Shown here: piece after piece, positions 50,657 through 64,000 of the stretch
Layout of the letters: each line of letters starts with the position of its first letter
Position numbering within the stretch: the stretch's first letter is position 1
Origin: an uncultured Acidimicrobiales bacterium
Lineage (GTDB): Bacteria; Actinomycetota; Acidimicrobiia; Acidimicrobiales; RAAP-2
DNA: 64,000 bases
Assembly (NCBI GenBank): GCA_963699105.1
Contig: CAVOTI010000001.1
Coordinates: 186,221 to 250,220 of the forward strand
Reading direction: 5' to 3'
The notes under the pieces: generated by a model
Seen by the model: the letters and a program-made list of their open reading frames with translations, nothing else
Database searches by the model: none
Told to the model about the DNA's origin: nothing
Position numbers and translations under genes: made by a program

Positions 50657-52701
50657 CGGTCCACCTTCTCGCCCCTGTCGGCGGTTCCATTCCGGGCCAT
50701 CGGCGTGTGCAGCCGCTCATAGACGGCGGCGCCCACCGTGGCCGGTAACCACGATACGCCCAGGAGCTCGTCGCGAGAGGCATTTCGCAGGGCCCCCAGT
50801 CCCCCGAACTGCTCGATGAGCCGGGATCTCCGCTTGGGCCCCAGTCCGTTCACGCCGTCCAGAGCGCCGAGGGTCATCCGCTTGCCGCGTAACGTGCGGT
50901 GGTACGAGATGGCGAAGCGGTGGGCCTCGTCGCGCAGTCGCTGGAGCAGGTAGAGGCCGTCGGACTGGCGGGAGAGCCGGATGGGCTCCGAGCTCCCCGG
51001 TCGGTAGATCTCCTCGAAGCTCTTGGCCAGGGAGGCCAGCGAGATGCGGTCGGTCAACCCCATCGTGGCCAGCACCTCCACCCCCACGTTGAGCTGCCCG
51101 AGGCCCCCGTCGAGCAGGATCAGCTGGGGCGGATAGGCGAACCGCCGTCGGGCCGAGCCCGTGGCCGACCCGTCGGCGCCGTCGGGCTCCGCTCGGCCCG
51201 GGCCGGCCGACTCCTCGGCCAACAGGGCCGTCAATCGCCGGGTCAGCACCTCCTCCATGGCCGCGTAATCGTCATTGCCCGTCACCGTCTTGACCCGGAA
51301 GTGGCGATAGTCGCTCTTTTTGGGCAGCCCGTCCTCGAACACCACCATCGATCCCACGTAGTCGGTTCCCTGAAGGTGGCTCATGTCGTAGCACTCGATG
51401 CGCAGCGGGGCGTCGGGCAGGGAGAGGTCGCGCTGGAGGGACTCGAGGGCCCGGGCCCGGCTGTTGTGGTCGGAGGTGCGGTGCAGGCGGTGGCGCACGA
51501 AGGCGTCGCCTGCGTTGTGCTCGACCGTCTCCAGCAGGGCCCGCTTCGGTCCCCGCCGCGGGACCCGGACCGCCACCGGTCCCCCCCGCCGGTCCTCCAG
51601 GTACTGGGTCACCGCCTCGGCGTCGGCCGGCATGGTCGGGACCAGCACCTGCTTGGGAACGCCCGAGGCGGCATCGGCGTACACGTCGACCAGGATCCGC
51701 TCGACCAGCTCGGCCGACGACAGGTCTTCGACCTTGTCGACGAACATGGCCTGGCGGCCCACCACCTTGCCCGATCGCACGTGGAACACCTGGGCCGCCG
51801 CCTCCAGCTCGTCCTCGGCCAGACCGAGTACGTCGAGATCCTCGGGTCGCCCGAGCTCCATCTGCCGGACGGCGTCGGCCGCCCGCACCGCCTCGAGCTT
51901 GTCCCGCAGCACGGTGGCCCGCTCGAAGTCGAGGGCCCGGGACGCCTCACGCATCGACGCCTCGAGCCCCCGCTCCAAGGGTCCGGTGTCCCCGCTCAGG
52001 AAGGCGATGAGGTCGGCCACCAGGCGGTCGTACTCGGCGTGGTCGATGGAGCCCACGCAGGGGCCCGAACATCGCTCGATGTGGAACAGGAGGCAGGGCT
52101 TGCCCAGCCGTTGATGGCGGCGGAACTTGGTGTCCGAGCACGTCCGCACGGGGAACGAGCGCAGTAGGAGGTCCAGGGTCTCCCGGATGGCGCCGGCGTT
52201 GGGGTACGGCCCGAAATAGCGCACCCCGGTGCGCTTCCGCCCCCGGACCACGGCCGGCCGGGGCCACTCGTCGCCGACCGTCACGGCCAGCCACGGATAG
52301 CTCTTGTCGTCCTTCAGCCTGACGTTGTACCGCGGTTGGTACTGCTTGATCAGGCTGTGCTCGAGGAGAAGGGCCTCGGCCTCGGTGTCCACCATCATCC
52401 ACTCGACGTGGTCGGCCTGACTGACCATCTGGGCCGTCCTCGGGGCCAGCCCGGCGGGATCCTGGAAGTACGAGTTCAGCCGCTGGCGGAGCGACTTGGC
52501 CTTTCCCACGTAGAGGATCCGGCCGTCTCGGTCCACGAATTGGTAGGAGCCCGGGCCGTCGGGGATCGAGCCGGAAGGAGGACGGGTGACCACGTCACCA
52601 GTGTGCCGTGTCGCCGGCCCCGACCAGTTCACCGCACCATCGAGCGGTTGGTCGCCTACACTGGGAGGCGAGCCGGCCTGGTTTCCGGCAACATCTACCA
52701 C
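50653..52701 (-). CDS. uvrC: Excinuclease ABC subunit C
   Basis: GIY-YIG motif GSYQFVDRDGRILYVGKAKSLRQRLNSY. UvrBC domain. Endonuclease V-like region and a C-terminal (HhH)2 with GLGPKRRSRLIEQFG. Intact 682 aa; the true start may be internal. Confidence 0.9.
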   Translation of the reverse strand: MVDVAGNQAGSPPSVGDQPLDGAVNWSGPATRHTGDVVTRPPSGSIPDGPGSYQFVDRDGRILYVGKAKSLRQRLNSYFQDPAGLAPRTAQMVSQADHVEWMMVDTEAEALLLEHSLIKQYQPRYNVRLKDDKSYPWLAVTVGDEWPRPAVVRGRKRTGVRYFGPYPNAGAIRETLDLLLRSFPVRTCSDTKFRRHQRLGKPCLLFHIERCSGPCVGSIDHAEYDRLVADLIAFLSGDTGPLERGLEASMREASRALDFERATVLRDKLEAVRAADAVRQMELGRPEDLDVLGLAEDELEAAAQVFHVRSGKVVGRQAMFVDKVEDLSSAELVERILVDVYADAASGVPKQVLVPTMPADAEAVTQYLEDRRGGPVAVRVPRRGPKRALLETVEHNAGDAFVRHRLHRTSDHNSRARALESLQRDLSLPDAPLRIECYDMSHLQGTDYVGSMVVFEDGLPKKSDYRHFRVKTVTGNDDYAAMEEVLTRRLTALLAEESAGPGRAEPDGADGSATGSARRRFAYPPQLILLDGGLGQLNVGVEVLATMGLTDRISLASLAKSFEEIYRPGSSEPIRLSRQSDGLYLLQRLRDEAHRFAISYHRTLRGKRMTLGALDGVNGLGPKRRSRLIEQFGGLGALRNASRDELLGVSWLPATVGAAVYERLHTPMARNGTADRGEKVDR

Positions 52702-52788
52702 TCCGGGGCCGACATACCCGCGGACGGGCGACCAGGCTGTCCCCGCCGGCCACTACCGGAGTGCCTCCACAAGGGGGTCATACCCGAC

Positions 52789-53904
52789 ATGCTCCGGCTA
52801 CAGACAGCGCTCCCCGATCGCTACACCACGGCATCTCCCGGCCAGCTCGACGAATGGATCGGGGCGGCCAAGGCGGAGCTGGGGCGGCGCCTGCTCATCC
52901 TCGGCCACCACTACCAACGCGACGAGGTGATGGCCTGGGCCGATGCCCGGGGCGACTCGTTCGGTCTGTCCCGCATCGCCGCCGCCCAGACGGAGGCGGA
53001 GTTCGTGGTCTTCTGCGGGGTGCACTTCATGGCCGAGTCGGCCGACGTGCTCACCGGGCCCCATCAACAGGTCCTCCTGCCCGATCTGAATGCCGGCTGC
53101 TCGATGGCCGACATGGCCGACATCGACTCGGTGGAGGAGGCGTGGGACGACCTGGCGGCGGTGACCGACATCCAACGGATCGTCCCGGTGACCTACATGA
53201 ACTCGTCGGCCGCCCTGAAGGCCTTCGTGGGACGGCACGGCGGGGTGGTGTGCACGTCGTCCAATGCCCGGGCCGTGCTGACCTGGGCCCTCGGAGCCGA
53301 TGGTCACGGCCGGTCCCGGGGCGATCAGGTCCTCTTCTTCCCCGACCAGCACCTCGGGCGCAACACCGCCTATCAGCTCGGCTACGGCGCCGAGGACATG
53401 GCCGTGTGGAATCCCCGCCTCGACCGGGGCGGCCTCGACGACGGCACCCTCAAGTCGGCCAGCCTGTTGTTGTGGAAGGGCCACTGCTCGGTCCACCAAC
53501 GGTTCCGCCCCGCCCACGTGGAGGCCTTCCGGTCCGAACACCCCGGCGGCATCGTCGTCGTCCACCCCGAGTGCGCCCACGACGTCGTCGAGGTGGCCGA
53601 TCAGGTGGGCTCCACCGACTACATCATCCAGGCGGTGGCCGACGCCCCGTCCGGGTCGGTGATCGGGGTGGGCACCGAGATCCATCTGGTCAAGCGGCTC
53701 GACGACCAGTGGCCGGACAAGAGCGTGGTCTCGCTCGACCCGTTGATCTGCCCCTGCTCCACCATGTTCCGCATCGATGCCGCCCACCTGGCCTGGGTCC
53801 TCGAGGGTCTGGTGGGGGGAGAGGTCCGCAACCGGATCACCGTGGACGGTGAGACCGCCGAGTGGGCCCGGGTGGCCCTCGAGAGGATGCTGGCCACCGT
53901 CTGA
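52789..53904 (+). CDS. nadA: Quinolinate synthase NadA (long, type III-like)
   Basis: LILGHHYQRDEVMAWADARGDSFGLSR...FCGVHFMAESADVL...NAGCSMADMA...YMNSSAALKAF...CTSSNA...WKGHCSVH...VHPEC...GTEIHLV...CPCSTMFR. Confidence 0.88.
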   Translation: MLRLQTALPDRYTTASPGQLDEWIGAAKAELGRRLLILGHHYQRDEVMAWADARGDSFGLSRIAAAQTEAEFVVFCGVHFMAESADVLTGPHQQVLLPDLNAGCSMADMADIDSVEEAWDDLAAVTDIQRIVPVTYMNSSAALKAFVGRHGGVVCTSSNARAVLTWALGADGHGRSRGDQVLFFPDQHLGRNTAYQLGYGAEDMAVWNPRLDRGGLDDGTLKSASLLLWKGHCSVHQRFRPAHVEAFRSEHPGGIVVVHPECAHDVVEVADQVGSTDYIIQAVADAPSGSVIGVGTEIHLVKRLDDQWPDKSVVSLDPLICPCSTMFRIDAAHLAWVLEGLVGGEVRNRITVDGETAEWARVALERMLATV

Positions 53905-53928
53905 GGTGGGACCGGGACGGCAGCGGGC

Positions 53929-56941
<3,013 letters not shown>

Positions 56942-56979
56942 CTGTCGAGGATACCGGCGCGCTCTCGGGCTTCCGACGG

Positions 56980-59091
56980 TCAGCGGTCGGCCGCGGCCAC
57001 GACGTCGGCGGTATCGCCGGTCACCACCGGTCTGCCGTCGACCGGATCCCGTACCAGCAGGGCCCGCAGTTCGGAGATCTCGTCGCGGAGCAGGGCCGCC
57101 TCCTCGAACCGGAGCTCCTCGGCGGCGCGGTTCATCTCGGCATCGAGCCGGTGGATCAGGCTGGACAGTTCGTCGGCGTCGGGCCCCAGGGCCCTGGCCA
57201 TCTCGGCGGCCGCCTCCCTCGGGTCGACCCCTCGGCGGCCCCGTCTGGCCTGGCTGTTGGCCCCCGAGGTGATGGCGGCCGAACCGACGGTGTCGGACCG
57301 CACCCGCTCCAGGATGTCGGTGACCGACTTGGTGATGGTCCGGGGATCGATCCCGTGGGCCTCGTTGTAGGCGATCTGGCGGGCCCGCCGGCGTTGGGTC
57401 TCCCCGATGGCACTGGTCATCGAGTCGGTGACGGTGTCGGCATACATCACCACCCGGCCGTTGACGTTGCGGGCCGCCCTGCCCATGGTCTGGATGAGCG
57501 ACGAGCTGGACCGGAGGAAGCCCTCCTTGTCGGCATCGAGGATGGCCACCAGGGCCACCTCGGGGAGGTCCAGTCCCTCACGCAGGAGGTTGATGCCCAC
57601 CAGGACGTCGAAGGCCCCGAGTCGCAGGTCCCGGAGGATCTCGATCCGGGCCATGGTGTCCACGTCGGAATGGAGGTACTGGACCCGGACGCCCTGCTCG
57701 GCCAAGTAGTCGGTCAGGTCCTCGGCCATCTTCTTCGTGAGGGTGGTGACCAGCACCCGGTACCCGCCGGCCACGGTGGCCTCGATCCGCTCCCGCAGGT
57801 CGTCGATCTGCCCGGTGGTGGGCCGGATGTCGACCTCGGGGTCGACCAGCCCGGTGGGACGGATCACCTGTTCCACCACGTTGGCACTGTGCTCGAGCTC
57901 CCACGGGCCGGGAGTGGCCGACAGCATGATCACCTGCCCGGTGCGCTCGATGAACTCCTCGAACCGGAGGGGCCGGTTGTCGAGGGCCGACGGGAGCCGG
58001 AACCCGTGGTCCACCAGGGTCTCCTTGCGCGACCGGTCACCGGCGTACTGGCCCCGCAGCTGGGGTACGGCCACGTGGCTCTCGTCCACCACCACCAAGA
58101 AGTCCTTGGGAAAGAAGTCGAGCAGGGTGAACGGCGCCTCACCCGGGGCCCGGCCGTCGAGATGCCGGCTGTAGTTCTCGATGCCGCTGCACACCCCGGT
58201 CTCGGCCAGCATCTCGAGGTCGTACTCGGTGCGCATCCGGAGTCGCTGGGACTCCAACAGCTTGCCGGCGCCGTCGAGCTCACCCAGGCGGGACCGGAGC
58301 TCGGTCTCGATGCTCTCGACCGCCTTGCGCATCCGCTCGTCGCCCGTCCCGTAGTGGGTGTTGGCGAACACCACCAGTTCCTCGAGGTCGTCCCCGATCT
58401 CGCCGGTGGTCACGTCGAAGGGCCGGATCCGCTCCACCGTGTCCCCGAAGAACTCGATGCGCACCGCCCGGCTCTCGTAGGCGGCGTGGATCTCCACGGT
58501 GTCGCCCCGGGCCCGGAACTGGCCGCGGGACAGGGTGGCGTCGTTGCGCGAGTACTGCAGGTCGACCAGCCGTCGGAGCAGGGCCCGCTGGTCGTGGACC
58601 TCGCCGGGCTGGAGGGCCACGATCCGGTCGCGGTACTCGTCGGGCGAGCCCAGGCCGTAGATGCAGGACACCGAGGCCACCACGATGGTGTCGGGCCGGA
58701 GGAGGAGCGACGACGTGCAGGCGTGACGCAGCCGGTCGATCTCGTCGTTGATGGAGGAGTCCTTCTCTATGTAGGTGTCCGAGGTGGGCACGTAGGCCTC
58801 GGGCTGGTAGTAGTCGTAGTACGACACGAAGTACTCCACCCGGTTGTGGGGGAAGAACTCCTTCAGCTCGGCGGCCAGCTGGGCGGCCAGGGACTTGTTG
58901 GGCTCGATGATCAGCGTGGGGCGCTGGACGGCCTCGACGGTCCAGGCGATGGTGGCCGTCTTCCCCGAACCGGTGATGCCGAGCAGGGTCTGGTACCGGT
59001 CACCGCGCTGGAGCCCTTCGACCAGGCCGGCAATGGCCTGGGGCTGGTCGCCGGCCGGCCGGAAGGGTGAGACGACCTCGAAATCGGGCAT
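56980..59091 (-). CDS. uvrB: Excinuclease ABC subunit B
   Basis: [20 protein letters not shown]...[12 protein letters not shown]...VVDESHV...the beta-hairpin region and a C-terminal UVR domain [13 protein letters not shown]. Intact. Confidence 0.93.
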   Translation of the reverse strand: MPDFEVVSPFRPAGDQPQAIAGLVEGLQRGDRYQTLLGITGSGKTATIAWTVEAVQRPTLIIEPNKSLAAQLAAELKEFFPHNRVEYFVSYYDYYQPEAYVPTSDTYIEKDSSINDEIDRLRHACTSSLLLRPDTIVVASVSCIYGLGSPDEYRDRIVALQPGEVHDQRALLRRLVDLQYSRNDATLSRGQFRARGDTVEIHAAYESRAVRIEFFGDTVERIRPFDVTTGEIGDDLEELVVFANTHYGTGDERMRKAVESIETELRSRLGELDGAGKLLESQRLRMRTEYDLEMLAETGVCSGIENYSRHLDGRAPGEAPFTLLDFFPKDFLVVVDESHVAVPQLRGQYAGDRSRKETLVDHGFRLPSALDNRPLRFEEFIERTGQVIMLSATPGPWELEHSANVVEQVIRPTGLVDPEVDIRPTTGQIDDLRERIEATVAGGYRVLVTTLTKKMAEDLTDYLAEQGVRVQYLHSDVDTMARIEILRDLRLGAFDVLVGINLLREGLDLPEVALVAILDADKEGFLRSSSSLIQTMGRAARNVNGRVVMYADTVTDSMTSAIGETQRRRARQIAYNEAHGIDPRTITKSVTDILERVRSDTVGSAAITSGANSQARRGRRGVDPREAAAEMARALGPDADELSSLIHRLDAEMNRAAEELRFEEAALLRDEISELRALLVRDPVDGRPVVTGDTADVVAAADR

Positions 59092-59224
59092 GCGTCCGAT
59101 CGTACCGGTCGGGTGTGACACTCGATCTGGGCCTGCCGACCGGGCAGGCCATGTCCCGACGGGCGGTGTCCGGACCGGTGGCTTCCGGGGCCATGTCAGC
59201 CGGGCGGGAGGAGGCGGCGACCGG

Positions 59225-59758
59225 TCAGATGCTCCACCGGATGGCGGCGACCGAAGGTCCGAAGGGAGCGTAGGACACGCTGGCGGGTGTGGCGCCCTTG
59301 GCCAGCTCGAAGTAGAGCAGTATCCGCAGCTGCTGTCCGGAGGCCATGGTGGCCGCCTGCCCGGTGGTCGGAGTCGACTCGGGGATGGGGGCGTAGCTCT
59401 TGCCCTTGTTGTCCATCAGGGCGACTTGGGAGGCGGGGTCGGAGGCGAACGTCCCGGGTCCGTCGTTGGTGAGGATGAATCCCATTTCCCATGACCCGAC
59501 CGGGCCTCCGACCGCCACCCCGTCCCGCTGGGGTTGCCCCGCCGTCACCGACAGCTGCTGGCCACCGGGTCCCGTCGTCGTCTGGGCGTGCCCGACGGCG
59601 ATCTCGCCCGGCACCGTCGTCGTCGACGCCGACGTGGTGGTCACGTGGGGAACCGTGACGGCGGTGGTGGGGGCGGATTGCCCGCCGGAGGAACAGCCGG
59701 CGGCCAACAGCGCCACCAGTGCGATGGAGCACGCGCCCGTCCATCGGCCAAGCGTCAC
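59225..59758 (-). CDS. Lipoprotein, DUF4352-like
   Basis: Lipobox [10 protein letters not shown], a Thr-rich linker and a beta-rich domain. Confidence 0.6.
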   Translation of the reverse strand: MTLGRWTGACSIALVALLAAGCSSGGQSAPTTAVTVPHVTTTSASTTTVPGEIAVGHAQTTTGPGGQQLSVTAGQPQRDGVAVGGPVGSWEMGFILTNDGPGTFASDPASQVALMDNKGKSYAPIPESTPTTGQAATMASGQQLRILLYFELAKGATPASVSYAPFGPSVAAIRWSI

Positions 59759-59855
59759 CCTGTTCCCCCTTCTGTCATCGGCGTGGTCGCCGGGGTCGCG
59801 GTTGTCGTCGATCTGCTGTCACCTGTCGGCCCACGGACACCGAGCGGCCGGTGTC

Positions 59856-59919
59856 CGAACGTTGTGTGAATCGAACGCTGTGTGAACCGAACGCTGTGTG
59901 AATCGAACGCTGTGTGCAG
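59856..59919. repeat. 16-bp x 4 tandem repeat (CGAACGCTGTGTGAAT consensus) in a divergent intergenic region
   Basis: The units are at 59856-71 (CGAACGTTGTGTGAAT), 59872-87 (..GAAC), 59888-903 (..GAAT) and 59904-19 (..TGCAG). Confidence 0.9.
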
Positions 59920-60215
59920 TGCAGCCGAGACACCCTATCGGGCCGTCGGAAGATCGTAGGTGAGTCGCCGGATTCGGGAGCGACACCGTCATGGCCAGAC
60001 CATGGGACGGCACATTCCATCCCGCCGACCACCATGACCGGTCACCACGGTGGGTAGGGCTCGCTACACGATGGGTGAGAAGTGGTAATGCCCAGGTCAC
60101 CTGGACTTTCAGTTACCGATCAGTAGTCGTTCCGGGGGTCGGATCATGCTTGACATGCCCTGGCCGCGCTCTTACTGTGACAGCACCATCAACCACTATC
60201 CCGTAGGGGGGACCC

Positions 60216-60695
60216 ATGCATAAACTGCTTCCTGTCCGCATCGTGGCCGCGGCCGCGCTTGTCGGCTCTGTCGGCTTTGCCATTGCCATGCCGGGTGGCA
60301 TCGCCGCCGCAGGAGGACCCAAGCCACCGGTCACGACCGTCTGCTCGTCGCTGTTCGGCAACGCCACGACTCAGGTACTCAGTGGCTGTACCATCGGCAA
60401 GGGCAAGAACACTGCCTACGGTGTGACGGTCCCCAACAGCAATGACACCGGGGCCACCATCTACTGGACCGACAAGGACACCACCATCGAGTCGTTCAGC
60501 TACACGCCCATCACCAACACGTGTCCGACGTATCTCGGTGTGTCTGCTTCTCTCGAGGAGTCCGAGGTCGGCACCATCACCGGTGGCAACACCAAGCTGG
60601 CTGAGAACACGCCGTCGCCGGCCGCTGACGTGTGCGTCTATCTCGGCGCCAACAGCACGACCCTGGTCGTGGGCGGCTCGACCCAGTTGGGCTGA
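60216..60695 (+). CDS. Hypothetical secreted protein
   Basis: Signal peptide MHKLLPVRIVAAAALVGSVGFAIAMPGGIAAA. Cys-containing, Thr/Asn-rich mature part. Confidence 0.5.
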   Translation: MHKLLPVRIVAAAALVGSVGFAIAMPGGIAAAGGPKPPVTTVCSSLFGNATTQVLSGCTIGKGKNTAYGVTVPNSNDTGATIYWTDKDTTIESFSYTPITNTCPTYLGVSASLEESEVGTITGGNTKLAENTPSPAADVCVYLGANSTTLVVGGSTQLG

Positions 60696-60827
60696 GTTCC
60701 AGTCCGAATCACCGCATCACGTTGACGAAGCCCCCGGGACACCGGGGGCTTCGTCGCGTCGGCGGGCAGTTGCCGACGCCGGTTCCCACCACCGACCGCC
60801 CGGTCCCCGACCGACTCCGCCCCTGTC

Positions 60828-61448
60828 CTATGAGAGCGGCGTGCCGTGGTCCCGGAGCTCGACCAGCCGCCCCCACGCCCGGGCGACCTCGTGGCCGAGC
60901 TCCTCGACGTCGCCCGAGTTGTCGATGACCAGGTCGGCTCCGTCCAGCCGGGTGGCCCGGTCGGTCTGGGAACTGATCCGGGCCTCGGCATCCTCCCGGG
61001 ACATGCCCCGTTGGGTCACCAGTCGCTGGAGAGCCACCTCGACCGGGGTGTCGACCACCACCACGGCGCCCAGGCTCAACATCTCCCGGTGGACCGGGCG
61101 GAGCAGGGGGATGTCGAGCACCACGATGTCGTCGGTGTCGGCGAACCGGTCCCGACGGGCGATCATCTCCACTCCGATGGCCGGGTGGGTGATGGCGTTG
61201 AGGTCGGCCAGCGCCTCGGGGTTGCCGAAGACGAGCTCGGCCACCTTGGGCCGGTCGATGCTCCCGTCGACGTCGAGAATCCCCGGCCCGAACCGGTCGA
61301 TCATCGGCTGGTAGGCCGGGCCCCCAGGCACCACCACCTCCCGGGCCACCAGGTCGGCATCTATCAGGTGGGCACCCCGGGCCACCAGGAGCTGGGCCAC
61401 CGTGGACTTGCCGCTGCCGATGCCGCCGGTCAGGCCGATGGCCAACAC
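60828..61448 (-). CDS. coaE: Dephospho-CoA kinase
   Basis: VLAIGLTGGIGSGKSTVAQLLVARGAHLIDADLVAREVV...HPAI...VLDIPLL. The GTG start at ~61448 is inferred. Confidence 0.85.
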   Translation of the reverse strand: MLAIGLTGGIGSGKSTVAQLLVARGAHLIDADLVAREVVVPGGPAYQPMIDRFGPGILDVDGSIDRPKVAELVFGNPEALADLNAITHPAIGVEMIARRDRFADTDDIVVLDIPLLRPVHREMLSLGAVVVVDTPVEVALQRLVTQRGMSREDAEARISSQTDRATRLDGADLVIDNSGDVEELGHEVARAWGRLVELRDHGTPLS

Positions 61449-61465
61449 GCCGGACCCCGCCCCGG

Positions 61466-62350
61466 TCAGGCCGCCCGCCGCGGCCGAGAGGCGGTGGCGA
61501 AGAGGACCATGGTGGTGGCGTCGAGCTCGTCGGTCACGAAGAAGTCGTCGGCGGTGATCCCGGTGGTGCCCCCGGCGTCGCCCCGGGCCATCACCTTGTA
61601 GGCCAGGGGCAGGATCCGGGTGTAGGCGGCGACGTACCACGAGCGGGGGATCCGGTGGCGCAGGTCGAAGACGTCCAGGCGGAGGACCTTGTCGGCCTTG
61701 ACCCTCCGGGCGGCGAAGTCGGCCTTGACGTGGGGGACGGCGTCGAGCCCCTGCACGGTCACCTCGTGGAAGTGCCGCTCGAGCAGTTGGCGGAGCTCGG
61801 GTGGCTCGAACAGGTGGATGTGGAAGGGGTTCTCGAAGTCGGCGGGGGCGTTGGGGGTGAGGAAGAACACCGTCCCGTCGGCGGCCAGTACCCGGGCCAG
61901 CTCGCCCACGTGCCCCTCGGGATCGTCGAAGTGCTCGATGAGGTGGGAGGAGCACGCCCACCGGAAGCTGCCCTGGGCCAGGCCCAGGGCCAGGGCGTTG
62001 GTCCTCACCACGTGGAGCCCCTCCGGGCCCCACCGGTGGGCGGCGGCCCCGACCGCCTCGGCGCTGTAGTCGCCCCCCACCACCGTCCGGTCGGCCGACA
62101 GGAACCGGGCCGACTCGAATCCCTCGCCGCATCCCACGTCCAGCATGGGGCCCGGCCCCAGACGCTCGATCACCGTCCGGTACCCGGCGGCGTGGAGGGC
62201 GAGCAACGAGTCAGGGGTGACCCCCTCCTTGGGCCGCTCGCCGGTCAGGCGCCGGGCCGGTCCCTGACGACGGGCGGTACCGAGCGCTCCGTGGTGGTCC
62301 GGGTCGGACGTCTGGCTGGTCATGGGGGCTCCCCGTGGTGTCGTTGGCAC
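61466..62350 (-). CDS. Class I SAM-dependent methyltransferase
   Basis: MLDVGCGEGFESARFL (motif I)...ACSSHLIEHFDDP...LAADGTVFFLTPN. Confidence 0.75.
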   Translation of the reverse strand: MPTTPRGAPMTSQTSDPDHHGALGTARRQGPARRLTGERPKEGVTPDSLLALHAAGYRTVIERLGPGPMLDVGCGEGFESARFLSADRTVVGGDYSAEAVGAAAHRWGPEGLHVVRTNALALGLAQGSFRWACSSHLIEHFDDPEGHVGELARVLAADGTVFFLTPNAPADFENPFHIHLFEPPELRQLLERHFHEVTVQGLDAVPHVKADFAARRVKADKVLRLDVFDLRHRIPRSWYVAAYTRILPLAYKVMARGDAGGTTGITADDFFVTDELDATTMVLFATASRPRRAA

Positions 62351-62414
62351 GTCGTGGCCCCGGGTCGAGCCGGCACCTTTGCGACCTTCGGGTTGCCTAC
62401 ACTACCGATCACTC

Positions 62415-64000
62415 GTGCCGGATCCTCCACCCACCCGCGTCGCGCCCCCGGGCGGTCCACCGGCCGCCCCGACGGGGCGGACCCGTCTGCTGGCCACCCG
62501 GCTCCGGTCCACCGGCCGCCTCCGGACGGTGGTCGACTACTGCCTGGTGGCCGTGGCCGCCTTCGTCCCCATGCTGGCGTCCCAGCCCGGTGTGGTGACC
62601 GACGACACCAAGACCTACCTCTACCTCGACCCGGGGCGCTACGTGCGCCAGGCGGTGTCGCTGTGGGACCCCCAGGTGGCGATGGGGACGGTGACCCACG
62701 AGAACATCGGCTACCTCCTGCCCATGGGCCCGTTCTACTGGGCCCTGGCCGAGCTCCACGTCCCCCTGTGGGTGGCCCAGCGCCTGTGGATGGGCCTGCT
62801 CCTGTTCGGGGCGGGGGCCGGGGCCCTCTATCTGTGCCGCGCCATCGGGCTGTCGGGGCCGGGTCGCTACGTGACCACGCTGGGTTTCATGTTCACGCCC
62901 TACGTGCTCCAGTACGCCGGGCGCATCTCGGTGATCCTGATGCCGTGGGCCGGGCTGCCGTGGATGGTGGCCTTCGTCATCCTGGCCGTCCGCCGGGGGG
63001 GCTGGAGGTACCCGGCCCTGTTCGCCCTGGTGGTGGCCCTGGTCAGCGGGATCAACGCCAGCTCCATCCTCTACGTCGGCATCGCCCCCGTCCTGTGGCT
63101 CCCCTATGTGGTGCTGGTCGTCCACCAGGCCACCTGGCGACGGGTGTGGGGGGTGGCATGGAAGATCGGGCTGCTCAGCGCCCTGGTGTCGCTGTGGTGG
63201 GCGGTCGGCCTGCAGGTGGAGGCGGCCTACGGGATCAACGTCCTCAAGTACACCGAGACGGTGCCGTCCACCAGCACCGCCTCGCTGGCCTCGGAGATCA
63301 TCCGCGGTCTCGGGTACTGGTACTTCTACGGTGCCGACCGGGTCGGACCGTGGACCCAGACCTCCATCGACTACACCCAGAACGTCTGGTTGATCGCCGC
63401 CAGCTTCCTGGTCCCGGTCCTGGCCTTCGTGGCCGCGGTGTTCTCGCGGTGGCGCCACCGCGCCTACTTCGTGCTGATCGCCGTGGTCGGCATGGTGCTG
63501 GCCGTGGGTCCCTACCCCTACACCGACCCCTCGTCGGTCGGCTCGGTGATCAAGGCCTTCATGGTCGACACCACCGCCGGGCTGGCCCTGCGGTCCACCG
63601 ACCGGGCCTCCCCGTTGATCATCCTCAGCCTGGCGGTGTTCCTGGGAGCCGGGGTGAGCGCGGTGGTGAACCGGGTCCACCGCACCGGCCTGGTCGTCGG
63701 GGGCTTGGCCGCCGCCGCCGTCTTGGCCGCATCCACCCCGTTGTGGACCGGGGGGATCATCGCCAACGGGTTCACCCAACCGGCCGTGCCCCCCCTCTAC
63801 GTCCGCCAGGCGGCCGCCGCCCTCGACAAGGTGAACAAGTCGACCAGGGTCTACGCCCTCCCGGGGAACAACTTCGCCGCCTACCGGTGGGGGGACACCA
63901 TCGACACCGTCTACCCGGGCCTGATGACCCGGCCCTTCGTCACCCACGAGCAGCAGATCATGGGCTCGGTGGCCACCGCCGACGTGCTCCAGGCGGTCGA
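62415..64000 (+). CDS. AftD-like (DUF3367) membrane arabinofuranosyltransferase-family protein; continues beyond the window
   Basis: My own translation from the GTG at 62415: ...FVPMLASQPGVVTDDTKTYLYLDPGRYVRQAVSLWDPQVAMGTVTHENIGYLLPMGPFYWAL..., followed by many TM helices. It is absent from the ORF track because it has no stop in the window. Confidence 0.7.
   Translation, partial: MPDPPPTRVAPPGGPPAAPTGRTRLLATRLRSTGRLRTVVDYCLVAVAAFVPMLASQPGVVTDDTKTYLYLDPGRYVRQAVSLWDPQVAMGTVTHENIGYLLPMGPFYWALAELHVPLWVAQRLWMGLLLFGAGAGALYLCRAIGLSGPGRYVTTLGFMFTPYVLQYAGRISVILMPWAGLPWMVAFVILAVRRGGWRYPALFALVVALVSGINASSILYVGIAPVLWLPYVVLVVHQATWRRVWGVAWKIGLLSALVSLWWAVGLQVEAAYGINVLKYTETVPSTSTASLASEIIRGLGYWYFYGADRVGPWTQTSIDYTQNVWLIAASFLVPVLAFVAAVFSRWRHRAYFVLIAVVGMVLAVGPYPYTDPSSVGSVIKAFMVDTTAGLALRSTDRASPLIILSLAVFLGAGVSAVVNRVHRTGLVVGGLAAAAVLAASTPLWTGGIIANGFTQPAVPPLYVRQAAAALDKVNKSTRVYALPGNNFAAYRWGDTIDTVYPGLMTRPFVTHEQQIMGSVATADVLQAV

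Noticed and set aside
52702-52788. NAD+ (nadA-motif) riboswitch upstream of nadA
   Set aside because: The leader is only about 87 nt. I cannot match the tandem-domain consensus from memory and see only weak GC stems. A covariance-model scan (Rfam RF03013) would be needed.
59856-59919. CRISPR array (also 16246-16290)
   Set aside because: The repeats abut directly with no spacers, the units are only 15-16 bp, and there are no cas genes in the window.

Overview
High-GC, Actinomycetota-like chromosome segment. The taxon is an inference from gene order (tlyA-nadK-recN...pyrG; uvrC-rapZ-yvcK-gap-pgk-tpiA-secG; coaE...uvrB-uvrA) and from GT87 and AftD-like envelope genes. There are three blocks.

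(i) 1-19.2 kb holds core housekeeping genes: pyrG, recN, nadK, tlyA, a HAD phosphatase, a desaturase, lhr, an SDR, and an ECF sigma/anti-sigma pair. Almost every gene here is broken by single-base frameshifts as assembled.

(ii) 19.3-43.5 kb is accessory DNA of visibly lower GC. It has a flank island (PhyH dioxygenase, USP, YfhO-like and GT87 membrane glycosyltransferases, a pentapeptide protein, and a Clp_N + ClpX-zinc-finger protein). It also has a 13.1 kb integrative phage-like element inserted in tRNA-Leu(GAG) and bounded by an exact 53-nt direct repeat. The element keeps the integrase, an Xis-like HTH, a DUF3631 replication-type gene with an iteron-like repeat cluster, HNH-TerS-TerL and an HK97-type prohead protease. 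I could not recognise a portal, capsid, tail or lysis gene. A roughly 2.5 kb low-GC cargo block of unknown function sits where the capsid genes would be.

(iii) 43.6-64 kb is core again: an orphan solute-binding protein, secG, tpiA, pgk, gap, yvcK, rapZ, uvrC, nadA, uvrA, uvrB, coaE, a methyltransferase and an AftD-like transferase. It is almost free of frameshifts.

The best candidate for something new is the tRNA-Leu element, which may be a satellite or a decayed prophage, together with its uncharacterised cargo. No function can be proven from sequence alone. All family calls come from motif recognition by eye; no database search was run. The supplied ORF track omits ORFs that run off the window edge (pyrG, the AftD-like gene). 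It also lists many long spurious ORFs, mostly antisense or out of frame to the real genes, as expected for high-GC DNA.
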